From assembly GCA_951406725.2 (NCBI GenBank), contig OX597836.1, forward strand, positions 13,764,001 through 13,828,000: DNA of 64,000 nt. The letters run 5' to 3'. The notes under the pieces were generated by a model. That model was not told the origin of the DNA. It searched no databases and worked only from the letters and a program-made list of their open reading frames with translations. The DNA comes from Octopus vulgaris (Eukaryota). The first letter of the stretch is position 1, and each line of letters starts with the position of its first letter. Both the position numbers and the translations under genes were made by a program. Below, one piece after another: positions 1-13,183 of the stretch.

Positions 1-205
1 GCTGTTACTCAGAGTTTCAGGTTCCCGTTCGTTGGACAGTTATTTTTTTTTTCTAACAAAACTGTCCAGCGAACGGGAACTTGAAACTCTGAGTAACAGC
101 TTGTTATATTTCTGCTGCTTTTCAATAAAGCATATTGCTCTACCTCTGGTATTTGAGTACTCTTTTTTCCACCTTGTTTCACATTTATCTGCTTACTCTG
201 GTATA
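1..205. mobile_element. Fold-back (1-41 vs 60-100, cut by window edge) with hammerhead 3' half and pLTR-like tail
   Basis: Inverted arms; GAAACTCTGAGTA at 83-95 mirrors GAAACTCGGAGTT at 29511; the tail 155-205 recurs at ~59321-59372; ends in (TA)n. Confidence 0.6.
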
Positions 206-210
206 TATAG

Positions 211-252
<42 letters not shown>

Positions 253-907
253 AGGAAGTGGGGATACAGGAAATCCAGGCAAATACCACAGTCAGCACTC
301 TAGGCAAAAAAAAATAAACCTAATAAAATGTTATAAGAAAACCCAGAATCCATAGTCCTTTAATCCACAGGGCATTCCATACCAACTTTAAATCCAAGGG
401 TATTCACCAATTAAGCAACTGATGTATTTACTTCATCATACTATATCATTTGCTAAAAATACTAACAATTTACTAGGGTTAAAAGTAATCAAATGAAATG
501 CATCATTTTATCATCCACTTTTCCATGCTAGCATGGGTCAGAGGGAACTCATTGAGGCAGATTTTCTATGGCTGGATGCCCTTCCTGTTGCTAGCCTTCA
601 CCTGTTTCCAAGCAAGGTAATATTCACCCACCCCACCATTTTCTCATGGAAAGTTTGAAGTGAATAATGCTGCTTATATGCTGGTGACACTCCTTTTATG
701 ACCATCTCACAATATCAAGACACTCATACAAACATAACAGGCTTCTTTCTACCCACCAAATCACACTCACAAAGCTTTCGACAACACCCAAATTTGTAGC
801 TATTTCATCAAGCAACCCCCCTGGCCAAAACCCTTAAAACGGGGGCCATCCAATGTGTGCATGTATGGAGGGGATTTTCCCTTTTGCAAAACATTTTTTT
901 TCAGACA

Positions 908-1235
908 GTAGGGCATGATTAAGGAGGATTTGGCTGTTTTATCTAGCAGCTTGAGCTACCATTTAGAGGTACCTTATTGGCTAGGTTATGATTGAAGATT
1001 TGGCTGTTCTATCTAGCATTTTGAGCTACCATGTAGCAGTTGTTTCAATGGCTAGGACGTGATTGAGGAAGATTTGACTGTTCTATTTAGCATTTCGAGG
1101 TACCAAGGTGTGATTGAGGAAGATTTGGCCTTTTGAGCTACCATGTATATAAATTCCTTCATTGGCTAGGAAGTGATTTGAGGAAGATTTGACTACTCTA
1201 TCTAGCATTTTGAGAAACCATATAAAGGTTCCCTT
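908..1235. repeat. Degenerate ~65-bp tandem repeat (about 5 units)
   Basis: Recurring TGATTGAGGAAGATTTGGCTGTTCTATCTAGCA; the reverse complement resembles a dispersed motif (TAGAAATAGCAGCCAAATC) at ~2158, 4600, 46216 and 58165. Confidence 0.75.
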
Positions 1236-1304
1236 GTGTCCCTGACAATAATTTGGTTTTAATAAACTCTCCTTAAGCAGGTATTAAAGAATAAATAAAT
1301 TTAC

Positions 1305-1340
1305 CTGAAGACTAATCTCCAAGACTTTTGGTAAGCCCAT
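1305..1340 (-). CDS. Possible first coding exon (MGLPKVLEISLQ) of an unidentified downstream gene; exon 1406-1305 including 5' UTR
   Basis: gttttcag acceptor at 1407, CAG/gtaaat donor at 1304, ATG in good context (gaagATGG), unique sequence among repeats. Only 12 codons and no homology established. Confidence 0.3.
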
Positions 1341-1524
1341 CTTCCACCTTAACCCTTTGCAGCAGGTGAAAGGTTTGCACTAATAAAATAAGACTTCATA
1401 AATCCACTGAAAACCCAGGCCAGTATTATAATAAATAAATAATAAATATATAAATAAATATGTACAAATATTGATCTTTTAATAATATTGGCATTGGGAG
1501 GTCATGGCTTTGGTATTACAGACA

Positions 1525-1900
1525 AGTGGTTAGAATGTCACAGGAAAGAATTGCAAGACAGATTCTTCAAGCCAAACCAACTTGGTAGGAAAACTAAGGA
1601 TAGACCAATAACGAGATGGATGGATAAAGTTCCATAGCCTCAGCTGGTCTTGTTTTGGAATCCAACCAGAGGATCTAATGACAGTTGGTTCTGATAGGAC
1701 CCAATGGAGGAGGATCCTGAGGACTCTGTCTCCATGACTGGTAGGAGACTTAGGGGTAGGCCAAGAGTGAGATGGTTGGGAATCCGACTAAGAAGGGTAA
1801 TGACAGTTGCTTCTGATAGGACCCAGTGGAGGAAGGGCCTGAATTTGACTCTACACCCATGGCCCTTCAAGGAGCCATGGGCGGAAAAAAAAAATGGGTG
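1525..1900 (+). mobile_element. Decayed RTE-clade LINE C-terminal fragments, internally duplicated
   Basis: 'GRRLRGRPRVRWL...SDRTQWR' motif typical of the RTE ORF end; similar remnants at ~21200-21275, ~35405-35680 and ~58615-58695. Confidence 0.55.
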
Positions 1901-2449
1901 AATGGATGGAATATTGGAACAAGGTCATAAATTTATGTATAGATTGATTTGAGATGACCTAGTAGATGGACAGTACTTATTTCATTGAAGCCCCAGAAGC
2001 TGGGAAAGAAAGGGAAAAAGTCAACCCCAGCAGGAATTGAACTAAAAAACATTAGGAAGAGTTAAATAGCATCAACTACCAAACAGAGATAAATAAACAG
2101 AACATGATAAATACTATTGCCAATGAAGGAAGCAACTATATTGCATGATGACCTTCCAGAAATAGCAGCCAAATCTCATCTAACATCTTAAAAAATATAA
2201 TCATTCCTAACATAGGATACAAGACCACAAATTTGGTAGGAGGGGGTTAGTTAATTTGACTCAACCTCAGTAGTTAACAGGTACTTTATTTGATCAAAAG
2301 TGAAAAGTGAAGTTGACTTCAGATAGATTTGAACTTAGAATGTAAAAAAACTGGGGAAAATACCACAAAGCCCTTTATTTACTGGTGCTCTAATACTACT
2401 ACTGCTAATCTATTGCTTTGTAAGAAATAAACAAACAAATGGTGATAGT

Positions 2450-3606
2450 TCAAAATTTTTGACACAAGGCCAACAATTTTTGGGGAGGATGGTGAGTCAT
2501 TTACATCGACCCCCAGTGCCTGACAGATGGTTATTTTATCGACCCCTGAAAGGGTGAAAGACAAAGTCGACCCTGGTGGAATTTGAACTCAGAATGTTAA
2601 GATGGACGAAATGCTGCAAAGCATTTTGCCTGGCATGCTAACGATTCTGCCAGTTCACTGCCTTACCAACAAGTAATAAGAAGAATTGGAAGGAATCGTA
2701 GCTTCTCTGTGATACAACTGAATACAAACTTGTTGGCTACAGTCGACCACAAAATACATCGGATTTAGGACTTAACGAAATATAAGTTGTAGACTAGAGT
2801 GGTGCGTCCTAATTGTGTTTGACTTGGGGATAAACTGGAGAAGAAATTAAAAATTTTTTTTAAATGACTGACTCACTTTACAGGGAAAAATTTTTTTAAA
2901 TAAAACATTTTAAAGTTTAAAAATTGACAAAGAAGATATTAAAAAAAATCCCCTTTGTTTCCCTTGTTTGATAAATTGTACTTGCTTCTAACAAGATGAT
3001 AAACTTTCTAAAGCCGCAAATTATAAAATTTTGGCACAAGGCCAGCAATTCGGGATAGGGGAGACTAGTTGATTACATTGCCCCTAGTGCTTGACTGATA
3101 CTTATTTTATCGACCCCAAAAGAATGAGAGGCAAAATTGGCCCCAGCAGACAAAAGGCCATTAAGTATTTTGCTCAGCATGCAAACAGTTCTGCCAGCTC
3201 ACTGCTTTAAAGCTTTAGATATTAAATATCCTTTTTTACTCTAGGCACAAGGCCTGAAATTCTGGGGGAGAGGGCTAGCTGATTAGATCGACCCCAGTAT
3301 GTAACTGGTACTGAAACAATAAAAGGCAAAGTCGACCTTGGCAGAATTTGAACTCAGAATGTAAAAACAGACGAAATACTGCTAAGCATTTCGCCTGGCA
3401 AGCAAAATTAAATATTCTTTCCTACTCTAGGCACAAAGGCTGAAATTTTGGCAGAGGGGGCCGTCGATTACATCAACCTCAGTATGCAACTGGTACTTAA
3501 TTTATCGACCCCGAAAGGATGAAAGGCAAAGTTGACCTCGGCAGAATTTGAACTCAGAACATAAAAGACAGACAAAATACAGATAAGCATTTCACCTGGC
3601 GGGCTA
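2450..3606 (-). mobile_element. Cluster of four Nin/Deu-domain tRNA-SINE copies
   Basis: Minus strand reads GAGCTGGCAGAA...GAGTTCAAATTC...GTCGACTTTGCCTTTCATCCTTTCGGGGTCGATAAA.TAAGTACCAG (Nin-type domain); copies at ~2450-2665, 3025-3210, 3230-3400 and 3415-3606. Confidence 0.75.
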
Positions 3607-5069
3607 AATTAGATATTAAAAAGAAAAAAAAAGAAAAAATTCATGTTGCATCTAGATAATCCCTGTATTACACAAGTGCACCGTAGTGCACCAAATTAGA
3701 ACTGCTGGACAAGATAAAGATAATTTATAATCCAGTCACATGCAGCATACAGCTTAGTTAATCCTTAGATTATCATATTTCTGTTGAAATACACTACATT
3801 TGTTTTGGCTAATTTGGAAAGTATCATTAAGCTTTTGCTTGTTTCAGTCATTAGACTACGGCCATGCTGGGGCATCAACCTCAAAGAATTTTAGTCAAAA
3901 ACGAATTGACCCCAGAGCTTATTTTTTTAAAGCCTGGTAATTATTCTATTGGTCTCTTTTACTGAAACATTAAATTATGGGGAAATAAACAAACCAACAC
4001 TGGTTGTCAGGCAGTGGTTGTAGACAAACACAGACTCAAAGAGACACACACACACATACACACATGACGGGCTTCTTTCAGTTTCCATCTACCAAATCCA
4101 CTCACAAGGCTTTGGTTGAGCTGAAGCTATAGTAGAAGACATTTGCTGGAGATGCAATGCAGTACCGGTGCCTTTTGAAGAATTTAGTAAAATAACTTGG
4201 TCATTATTAAGTTAATATTTGGAACAGGAATCAACATGGAAATTTGATTGAAGGTTTTACTTTATAGCACTTTAAAAGAGGAAGTTTCTAACACAGAAAC
4301 AGGGCTGGTCTCAGATAGGTTGGTAATGAAAAGGGTTAAATTGTTCCATGTGTGTGTTGGACTAGACTGGGGTAAAAGCAGGGTCTGTATATCTGATGTA
4401 TGGGATCTACTTGTCTTTCCAGAATATTCTATATTCTATAATCTGTTTCTTTGTCTAGGTTAAGTCACATTATAAATATATATATCTCTATTTCATCAGA
4501 GCTTCCTGAATCAAACCATAAAGAACAAAAACCACAGTCACATCAATCATCAATGAACCAAAGAAGATGGCCTCTACATGGTCACTTGATCTGTTATAAA
4601 TAGCAGCTAAACCTCCGTGTTTTTTCAAACAAAAGAAGCAAGACATTAAATATTATACACCAAAATAAAAACTGTCTGAGATGGGAGGGGGGGGAGCGAG
4701 AAAGATGGGATCTAAGGCTCGACAGCAACTATGGTCAAATTGATGATCTAAAGGAAAAGGCTGCTAAGTAGTCAATCAATTTACTTGAAATAGCAACTAA
4801 ATCCCTTCTCGTTATCTTAAACAAGACATGTAAAACGTATTAAATAATGAAGTCCTACCTAAAACTATATTCATGGTGGGATGGGAGGAAAAAAAAGAAA
4901 AGGGACATGATAGTCACAGATGGAATGCTTTTTATCAGTGTGATTAAAGCTAACATGACACTATACAGCAACAGCAACAACAGCAGCAGCAACACCAAAT
5001 AACAACCACCAACACTACCACCATCACAACCACCACACAATTGAAAGCTCATAGAAGTAGTAGTACTAC

Positions 5070-5302
5070 CTATTTCTTTACTACCCATAAGGGGCTAAAC
5101 ACAGAGGGGACAAACAAGGACAGACAAACGGATTAAGTCGATTATATCGACCCCAGTGCGTAACTGGTACTTATTTAATCTACCCCGAAAGGATGAAAGG
5201 CAAAGTCGACCTTGGCGGAATTTGAACTCAGAACATAAAGACAGACGAAATTCCGCTTTGCATTTCGCCCAGCGTGCTAACGTTTCTGCCAGCTCGCCGC
5301 CA
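5070..5302 (-). mobile_element. Nin-domain SINE, young subfamily with GTAAAGAAATAGG tail
   Basis: Near-identical to the plus-strand copy at 27700-27930. Other copies at ~11665-11875, 14005-14390, 17927-18140, 18585-18795, 31660-31850, 35690-35955 and 53890-54115. Confidence 0.8.
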
Positions 5303-5419
5303 CCATCACTACCATGAAGTATAGACACAGTCCATGAGTTAAAGTAGTAGTACTACCAAAGCAATACAAGTGTTGTCACCTCTTAGATCAACATTCATAT
5401 AGATGTTATGATTTATAAC

Positions 5420-5457
<38 letters not shown>

Positions 5458-6328
5458 TTATAGAAAACTTTGCTTGGAAACAGGTGAGTGTTTGTGACAG
5501 GAAAGGCATCCAGTAGTTGAAGTCTGCCTCAACAAAAATTCTGTCAGCCCCATGTGAGCATGGAAAAGTGAATGTAAAATAATTATACATACATGTGTGT
5601 GTGAGCATGATTTATATATATATATATATATATATATACATGTGTGTGTGTGTGTGTGTGTGTATCATCATCATTGTTTAATATCTGCCTTCCACGCTAG
5701 CATGAGTGGAACGGTTTCACAAGAGCTGACCAGGCAGAAGCCTGCACCAGACTTCTGTGACTGTTTTGGCAGGATTTTTGTGTTCTATGCTGCCATAAGC
5801 TAAGTTTGATGGGATCCGAGGGGCCTAAAGATCTGCACTATGCTCCAGAGTTTGCTTTGACATGGTTTCTGCAGCTGGATACCTTTCTAGTGCCAACAAC
5901 TTTACAGAGTGTACTGGGTGCTTATTAATCCTATGATCAAACTTGGTCCCTTGGGAAAAATAATTGGACCCATATATCAGGTGGTGGTGGTGGTGGTGTT
6001 AGACTGAGCAATGCATTACATCCACCACCATCACTACCATGAAGTATAGACACAGTCCATGCAACTGACAGCAGGCTTCAGCACAGTTTCCACTCGTCTA
6101 TCAAGTCTCACTCACATGGCTTAAGTCACCCATCCCTACTATCCTACAGTCCTAAAAACACAGCCACTGGCTAAGAGGTCAGTAGTTTGTGTCTCCTGGG
6201 GTCAATTTGCTCAGCTAAAGGCGGTGCTCCAGCATGGCCGCAGTCAAATGACTGAAACGAGTAAATGAGAGTAATGAGTATATATATATGTGTGAGTGTG
6301 TGTGAATATATATATATGTGTGTGTGTG

Positions 6329-6390
<62 letters not shown>

Positions 6391-6882
6391 CATTGACACA
6401 CACACACACCTATGTGCATATGTTTATATATATATAGTTTCCAATGATTATATCGGTCTATCTATTTATCTACAGATAGATTCAAAGCTAAAAGCTTTTG
6501 TGAATCATTGCTCTGGATTTCCTGGAAAACTTAAAGCAGGAATGGAACAAAGCCTCAGCTTAGAACAACTGAATTCAGTTCATGATGTGAAATTAACTAG
6601 ATACCTTAACTTTCCCATAAAATTCCACAAACACACGTTCGCACACAATGGAATTTAGACTATTTTTCAGTTTTCATTCATAGAAATACAGGAGTTTCTT
6701 TCAGGCGGGTTTTACACAGAGAATTCATTTCAAAAAGAAATTTCACACACACATATATATATATAAACACATACACACATACAAACACACACACACAAAC
6801 TACACCTGATTATATATACACTTTAGATGAGTTGTAGTGCACCTGAGCACTGTACACAATTATTATTATTATTATTATTATA

Positions 6883-7112
6883 CAGGGTGTTCATAAATTA
6901 TCTTTACAACTTCTATAATTTATTGAATTTATCCAGGTTGGAATTCATCAATTTGCATGCAATCAATGGAACCCACACAGAAAAATTCTGACGTTCTTAC
7001 TTAAATTTGATTTCATTGTCTATGTTTTCCATTGAACTCTACTGAATTACTCTTATTTTTCACTTTTTTTCTTGAATTTTTAAAATTGTCAAGATAATTT
7101 ATGAACACCTTG
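6883..7112. mobile_element. Tc1/mariner-type MITE
   Basis: 27-bp TIRs (CAGGGTGTTCATAAATTATCTTTACAA, 2 mismatches), preceded by TA; no ORF. Confidence 0.8.
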
Positions 7113-7127
7113 CATGTATATACATAC

Positions 7128-7185
<58 letters not shown>

Positions 7186-7311
7186 AAATTAAGCTACTCT
7201 GCATAAACATGTCGGTGTATTAAAATACAATAGGTTACAAGCATTTACGTGTCGTGGTGGTGTAAACGTGTATTTGATGTGTATAAAGCACAGCCACACA
7301 TGCATGTGTGT

Positions 7312-7367
<56 letters not shown>

Positions 7368-7608
7368 ATGCAGCAATGGTTGCAGCATAAAGTTGTGAAT
7401 ATATATATATATATGTATGTATGTATATGTCTATAGTGTTATTGATTTTGCATTGTTGTTGTTGGTACCAATTACTTTAAGCATCAGAAATGTTTGGTTG
7501 GCATCTGCATGTATGTATGTGTGCACATTTATGCGAATATGTGTGTGTATATATATTGCTTGTAATTTTGTTTCAACAAATATACATGAAGCATTGTATA
7601 TAACTTCA

Positions 7609-7644
<36 letters not shown>

Positions 7645-7659
7645 GACCCTCCGGCCCCT

Positions 7660-7845
7660 GTGCAGGTGGCACGTAAAAAGCACCCAATCCACTCACGGAG
7701 TGGTTGGCGTTAGGAAGGGCATCCAGCCGTAGAAACTCTGCCAGATTCAGACTGGAGCCTGGAGCGGCCCCTGGCTTCCCAGACCCGGTCAAACCGTCCA
7801 ACCCGTGCTAGCGCGGAAAGCGGACGTTAAACGATGATGATGATA
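7660..7845 (+). mobile_element. Short high-copy retroposon with (GAT)n tail, RTE-associated motif
   Basis: GTTGGCGTTAGGAAGGGCATCCAGC...GGACGTTAAACGATGATG; copies at ~14460-14700 (-), 22180-22385 (+), 22530-22775 (-), 30157-30338 (+), 39930-40205 (+), 54455-54610 (-) and 59155-59322 (+). RTE link is from memory. Confidence 0.7.
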
Positions 7846-8029
7846 TATATATATATATAATCAGTTGTTCATGTATCCAAAAAAGAACGCTAAAACGTTA
7901 GAGCATTAATATATACTTTTTCGGAAGTAAATTGTTATGGTTGGTCATATACTGGTAAGTGCTTTACAGGTGTGAGACCAATGGTCACTCTATAAATGGC
8001 CATAACAATTAACTTCCTAAATTAAATAA

Positions 8030-8073
<44 letters not shown>

Positions 8074-8747
8074 TTTGCATACACACACATGTATATGTAT
8101 TGTACATTTTGCATACATACAGATTTATACATATATATACACACACACACACACATATATATTACTATACTTTTTGCCAGTAAACAAAGTAATAAAGAAA
8201 TGTGTGGTTTGCGTGTATATAGATGCGTATATTCTTAATCAGTTTCAATAACAAGAGCTTTCTTTGAATTAAATAAAAACCTATTTTGCATTGATATTCA
8301 AAGCATCCCATCTGCTCTCCAGACAGACAGATGTCGTCCAGACGGACAGATGACGTCCAGACATTCGGACATTTTGGGGAAGCAACTACATCGCATCTTT
8401 CTTCCACAGTGCCAACAAATGAATACAGTTAGATATTTGAAGAATTCCAAACAGCTGCAGGAACCCTTATTTCCATTCCCATCGATTATACTGAACAGCG
8501 CCCAGGCATAATTTCTTGAGGTCACCCCATAAAACCTCGAGCTGCGTTAACCGAGTAACTCAACGATTATCTCCCTTGGAAATGTTAAACAAAGCAGTGT
8601 ACTTACTTTTTATAAGCTCTGAAGTTGTGCATCAGCTGACCTTTGATTGAGGTCATATATTTTGAACTCACTGTACTGTCTCAGGATGTAAGAGTTACCT
8701 CAACACATGCACACACAGAGTTTGCTTTATGTGTGTGTGTGTGTGTA

Positions 8748-8799
<52 letters not shown>

Positions 8800-8843
8800 C
8801 ATTTATATATAGACATACATATATATATGTATACGTATATATG

Positions 8844-8884
<41 letters not shown>

Positions 8885-8902
8885 GTATACGTATATATGT
8901 AC

Positions 8903-8939
<37 letters not shown>

Positions 8940-8940
8940 C

Positions 8941-9031
<91 letters not shown>

Positions 9032-9310
9032 CATACATATATATATATACTATTATATATATATTATTTTCACACACACACACACACATATATATACAAA
9101 TATGGCTGAGTATGTGTGTACATGTGAGTGTATATATATCTATTAACTTTCACAAAGAAAAGGCTGATAGTCAATCTTTTCTTCGTCAAAGCTTAATAAA
9201 CATGTACTTAATTAAAAAGTATTGAGTAACCCTTCAGTTTAATGTTAAATTGTTTTTTTTCTTCTTATATATAACTTAACATCAAAAACATACACATATA
9301 TAAATTTATG

Positions 9311-9510
9311 TTCTTTATTCTTGTATTGAAGCTACCATTGGTTTCATGCTAAAGAATACATCAACAATTATCAAGCCTGTCCGATGGAACTCCAGTGATA
9401 GGCTTGATAACTTAAGTATTCTTTAACATGAAACCATCGGTAGCCTTAATACACAAGTAAAGAATTTTTATCCACCAATACAGAACTGAGCACTCATTCT
9501 CATTGTTTGA
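9311..9510. mobile_element. Fold-back with degenerate hammerhead motif
   Basis: Arms ~9311-9380 and 9398-9464; AGGC-TTGATAA...GAAA-CCATCGG-TA-GCCT; tail runs into (TA)n. A related single arm lies at ~41516-41640. Confidence 0.55.
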
Positions 9511-10216
9511 TATATATATGTATATCATTATCGTTTAACGTCCGCTTTCCATGCTAGCATGGGTCGAACGTAGTATATACTCACACACACACACACACAC
9601 ATGTAAATAATGTGTGTGTGGAGGTGTGTACATGCACAACAGTGCATATATTTAATAAATGTTGGTAATATTAAGATCAGTCTCTTGAGATGGGATTATC
9701 CAACTTGTTTCTGTTTTTGGCATTCGTGTCTGATAGACTAATTAATTAATTAATTAGTTAACCACTCATTCCTTTATTCCTGCTTAATTCCATCATTCTC
9801 AGACATTCCAAAACTCAAACGTGAAATATCCAAAGATTTAACCACATAAGTTATCCAAACAATATATCATCAGTTCAAAGTAATATCAAGGCTTTTTCAC
9901 AGACAAGAGGAGTGGCATCAAAGAAAGATTATATTATAATCATCATCATCATCATCATCATTATCATTATGACTATCGTTACCATATTTTCCTTTCTTCC
10001 TTCTTATGCTTCATACTGTTTAAGGTAAGGTAAGAGTACTGACGGCTGGCATTAGAGTTCTCAAAACCTCCAGTCTCATAGCAGCTGTTGCATTGGGTTC
10101 TTGGACAAAAACCTCAACTCTGTTTGGCAAATGGATTTGTGTCAAGGAAATATTTCTTCTTGATTTTTTTTCATCTGCATTTCTTCATCCTCTGATTAAC
10201 ATAACAATAATAATTA

Positions 10217-10251
<35 letters not shown>

Positions 10252-10523
10252 ATTACAGTCATTACTATTACTATTATCATTAGTTTAGTAGTTTTTCCTT
10301 CTTGAAAACGCAAGAGAAAAAAACTGCAGTCTTTTTGGTATATTTTACACATTTTGTGTCTTCAGAGGAAAAGTTTTTTTATTGTTGTTTTTGGATGATT
10401 GAAATACAATGGCAGAATTGATTCTTCACAGATTAGCATTACATTATCATCATCATCATCATCATCATCATCACCATATTATTCTTTGATCAGTTTGCAA
10501 GATGAAGGATAGAAGCAGAAACA

Positions 10524-10555
<32 letters not shown>

Positions 10556-10738
10556 CATACACACACACATATATGCATATATACATACATACATATATAT
10601 ATATAATATAAATACATACATACACTAAATGTATGCAAACATTACACACGGGCACAATTATGTATATATGTGTGTGTGTATGAATGTGTGTGTTGTAATT
10701 TGATTTAATTTTGCGGCTGTTGGCAATTGGTTTAATCA

Positions 10739-10886
10739 TCAGCTGTTCAAAGACGACAACGTGAAGTCATCACTGGAGAAAGAGCTTCCCACGTTGTTGG
10801 ATTCGTATATTTGCTGGAAATCTGTGGACTTTACTTCAGGAAACAGGTGAAGGAATATGGTGTCCAAGAGACAGAAGAGGAAATGC
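10739..10886 (-). CDS. SNX19: SNX19-like terminal coding exon: (R)HFLFCLLDTIFLHLFPEVK...LSSLNS*
   Basis: ttttccag acceptor, phase 2; 'NRH...CLLD.....LFPE' end of Nexin_C; TGA stop at 10741-10739. The nine exons total 1542 nt = 513 aa plus stop. Confidence 0.9.
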
Positions 10887-10905
10887 CTGGAAAATAACAA
10901 CAATG

Positions 10906-10938
<33 letters not shown>

Positions 10939-10949
10939 CTAGTAACAAC

Positions 10950-11008
<59 letters not shown>

Positions 11009-11019
11009 CAATAATAATA

Positions 11020-11605
11020 ATGATCCATTACCAGGCAGTAGCTCTCATGGCTTCTGATCTTAACTGATTGGAAGTGTTATCATGTATATTGTTTTGCCTT
11101 CGTATAAAAGATGGGCTACAGCAAATATTCTGCTCAATACCACAGATTTGCTTGTCAGTTGCTTGACCTTAACCGGTTGAGCATGTCCCTTGGTGGTTGA
11201 TGATATGTGTATCTCTGATCACGAGTGGAAGTAGTAGAGGAGCATCGTAGCCATGAGTTGAGAGGAATTCTTTGGGATTTGAATAATTCACCTCTGGAAA
11301 CATGGGTGTTTCATTAATCATCCTTAAACAACCCTTATTCAGGGACCTTTGGAGCAAGATGGGCTACTCAACCTGAAGAAAATTGTAACTGAGCCCCACC
11401 TGCAAGGTCATGTGTTGTTTATCTTGATATGAGAAATGTCACAGATATCAAGATATGTCACACACATACAGTTGTGATGCATGCGCTTGGTGTACCCTTA
11501 TCAGACAGGTAGGCATGATGAGTATACTGGGGGTTTTGTATATTCATACCCCAGTGTCAATTTGATGGAATGCGCTGCTCTCTCACTCAGTAATAATAAT
11601 AATAA
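11020..11605 (+). mobile_element. Non-LTR retrotransposon 3' UTR-like repeat with (TAA)n tail, copy 1
   Basis: 11160-11600 is highly similar to 18161-18580; both share the 3' end and (TAA)n tail and differ in 5' truncation. Confidence 0.7.
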
Positions 11606-11920
11606 TTATTATTATTATTATTATTATTGTGGAGGCATATGGCCTAGTGGTTATTATTATTATTTTTACTCTAGGCACACGGCCGGAAAATATTTGGAGG
11701 AAGGGGGCTAGTCAGTTGTATTGACATCAGTTTGTAACTGGTATTTATTTCATTGACCCCTAAAGGATGAAAGGCAAAGTCAACCTTGGCAGAATTTGAA
11801 CTCAGAATGTAGTGGCAGATGAAATGCCACTAAGCATTTTGCCTGGTGTGCTAACAATTCTGCCAACTTGCCTCCCTCAATAATAATAATAATAATAATA
11901 ATAACAATCATGATACAAAC

Positions 11921-12008
11921 CTGTTGAGCCTCTGACACTGGATAGCTGCAATGAGTTGTGAGATGGCATGTTGTACATTTTCTTCCCCAATGAACAACAC
12001 TAATAAAC
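11921..12008 (-). CDS. SNX19: SNX19-like exon (Nexin_C): (C)LLVLFIGEENVQHAISQLIAAIQCQRLN(R)
   Basis: ttttcttgcag/gtttgt sites; 88 nt, phase 1 to 2; 'IG.........Q....N(R/K)' Nexin_C pattern. Confidence 0.88.
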
Positions 12009-12214
12009 CTGCAAGAAAAATAGGGACCAATAAAATATCAAATCATGTCATGCCCTTAACATTCCTGTTGTATGGGGGCACTTGGTATATTTTCAAGACA
12101 ATCTTTTCCAATTTCTCTTGGGCTCAGTTTTGAGCTTTATGCATCCTCATATTCTAATCCCAGTCTGTAGCTCATAACAACTCAGAGCTAGCCTCTCCTG
12201 GGCTACTCTCTTCT

Positions 12215-12688
12215 CATTTATGGTTCTTTCCCTGGGCATGGACACATTGAAACTCCGACATCTGGCAGCTGACTTGGCAGACATCCATAAAATTATCAAC
12301 CATCGTACAAACAATAACTCTGAGCACCTTTTCAAACTCCACCCATCTAACACCCGTGGACATATTTACAAAGTCAGAAAACAGCACAGCTCCCATGACT
12401 TCAGGAAACATTTTTTCACGCTGAGAGTTGCTGAAGCGTGGAACAAACTGCCGGCATCAGTTGTTAGTTGTCGGAGCACTGCATCCTTCAAAACTTCCAT
12501 GCTTCCTGAGATTCGCCAACACTACACCTGATTTTCTCCCCTCCATACACACACAAGCATGTATCTGACTCATACATTGTTCGCTTTCCAGACATTTTTA
12601 CATTACTGCATATGCTTTATATGCACTTTCTGACAAGTTGTGGTGCACCTGAGCACTGTATACAATTAATTTCATTATTATTATTATA
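12215..12688 (+). mobile_element. 5'-truncated CR1/L2-clade LINE 3' end (post-RT ORF2 C-terminus plus 3' UTR)
   Basis: LGMDTLKLRHLAADL...TRGHIYKV...FRKHFFTLRVAEAWNKLPASVV...SFK matches 'TRGH..K...FF..RV...WN.LP..VV'; (ATT)n tail; short 3'-end fragment at ~6800-6880. Confidence 0.88.
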
Positions 12689-13183
12689 TACTGCCATAAG
12701 TTGGGCAGCTTGATGGGATCAGAAGGGGCCTAAGGACCTGCACTATGCTCTAGAGTCTACTTTGACATGGTTTCTGCAGATGGAGACCCTTCCTAATGCC
12801 AACAATTTTACAGAGTGTAACTGGGTGCTTTTCTATAGTGAAGTCAGCAGACAGCTTACAAGACTAAGGAGCCCAAAGGCGGGGAGGTGGCTTTGCATTA
12901 GGAGACGAGGGATTAAAGTATGAGGGGAGGAACCAGAATGGAACAGAGTCCATGCCGCAGAGACACTACATGACAACTCCCACTTTCGAAGAGGGGGAAG
13001 ATGGGGATGATTGGGTGGAGCTGGGAAGAGATGAAAATAGGGGTGATGAAGTGTCAGGATGGAGTTTCCACCCATCTCATGGTAGGCAGAAACAAACAGA
13101 GGAGCGGGACCAGCGGTAAGAGTGAGTAGAGGTTGCAAGGGAGTTTAGGGTGGGGTGAGAAAAAAAATCGAGATAAAACTCAC

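Noticed and set aside
5301-6061. 36-bp identical direct repeat (5301-5336 and 6026-6061) as LTRs or a TSD
   Set aside because: Too long for a usual TSD, no TG...CA ends or coding interior; likely a local duplication.
8643-9225. Long YI/HT/CV-repeat ORFs (also 46999-47347 and 56263-57861)
   Set aside because: Translations of dinucleotide microsatellites.
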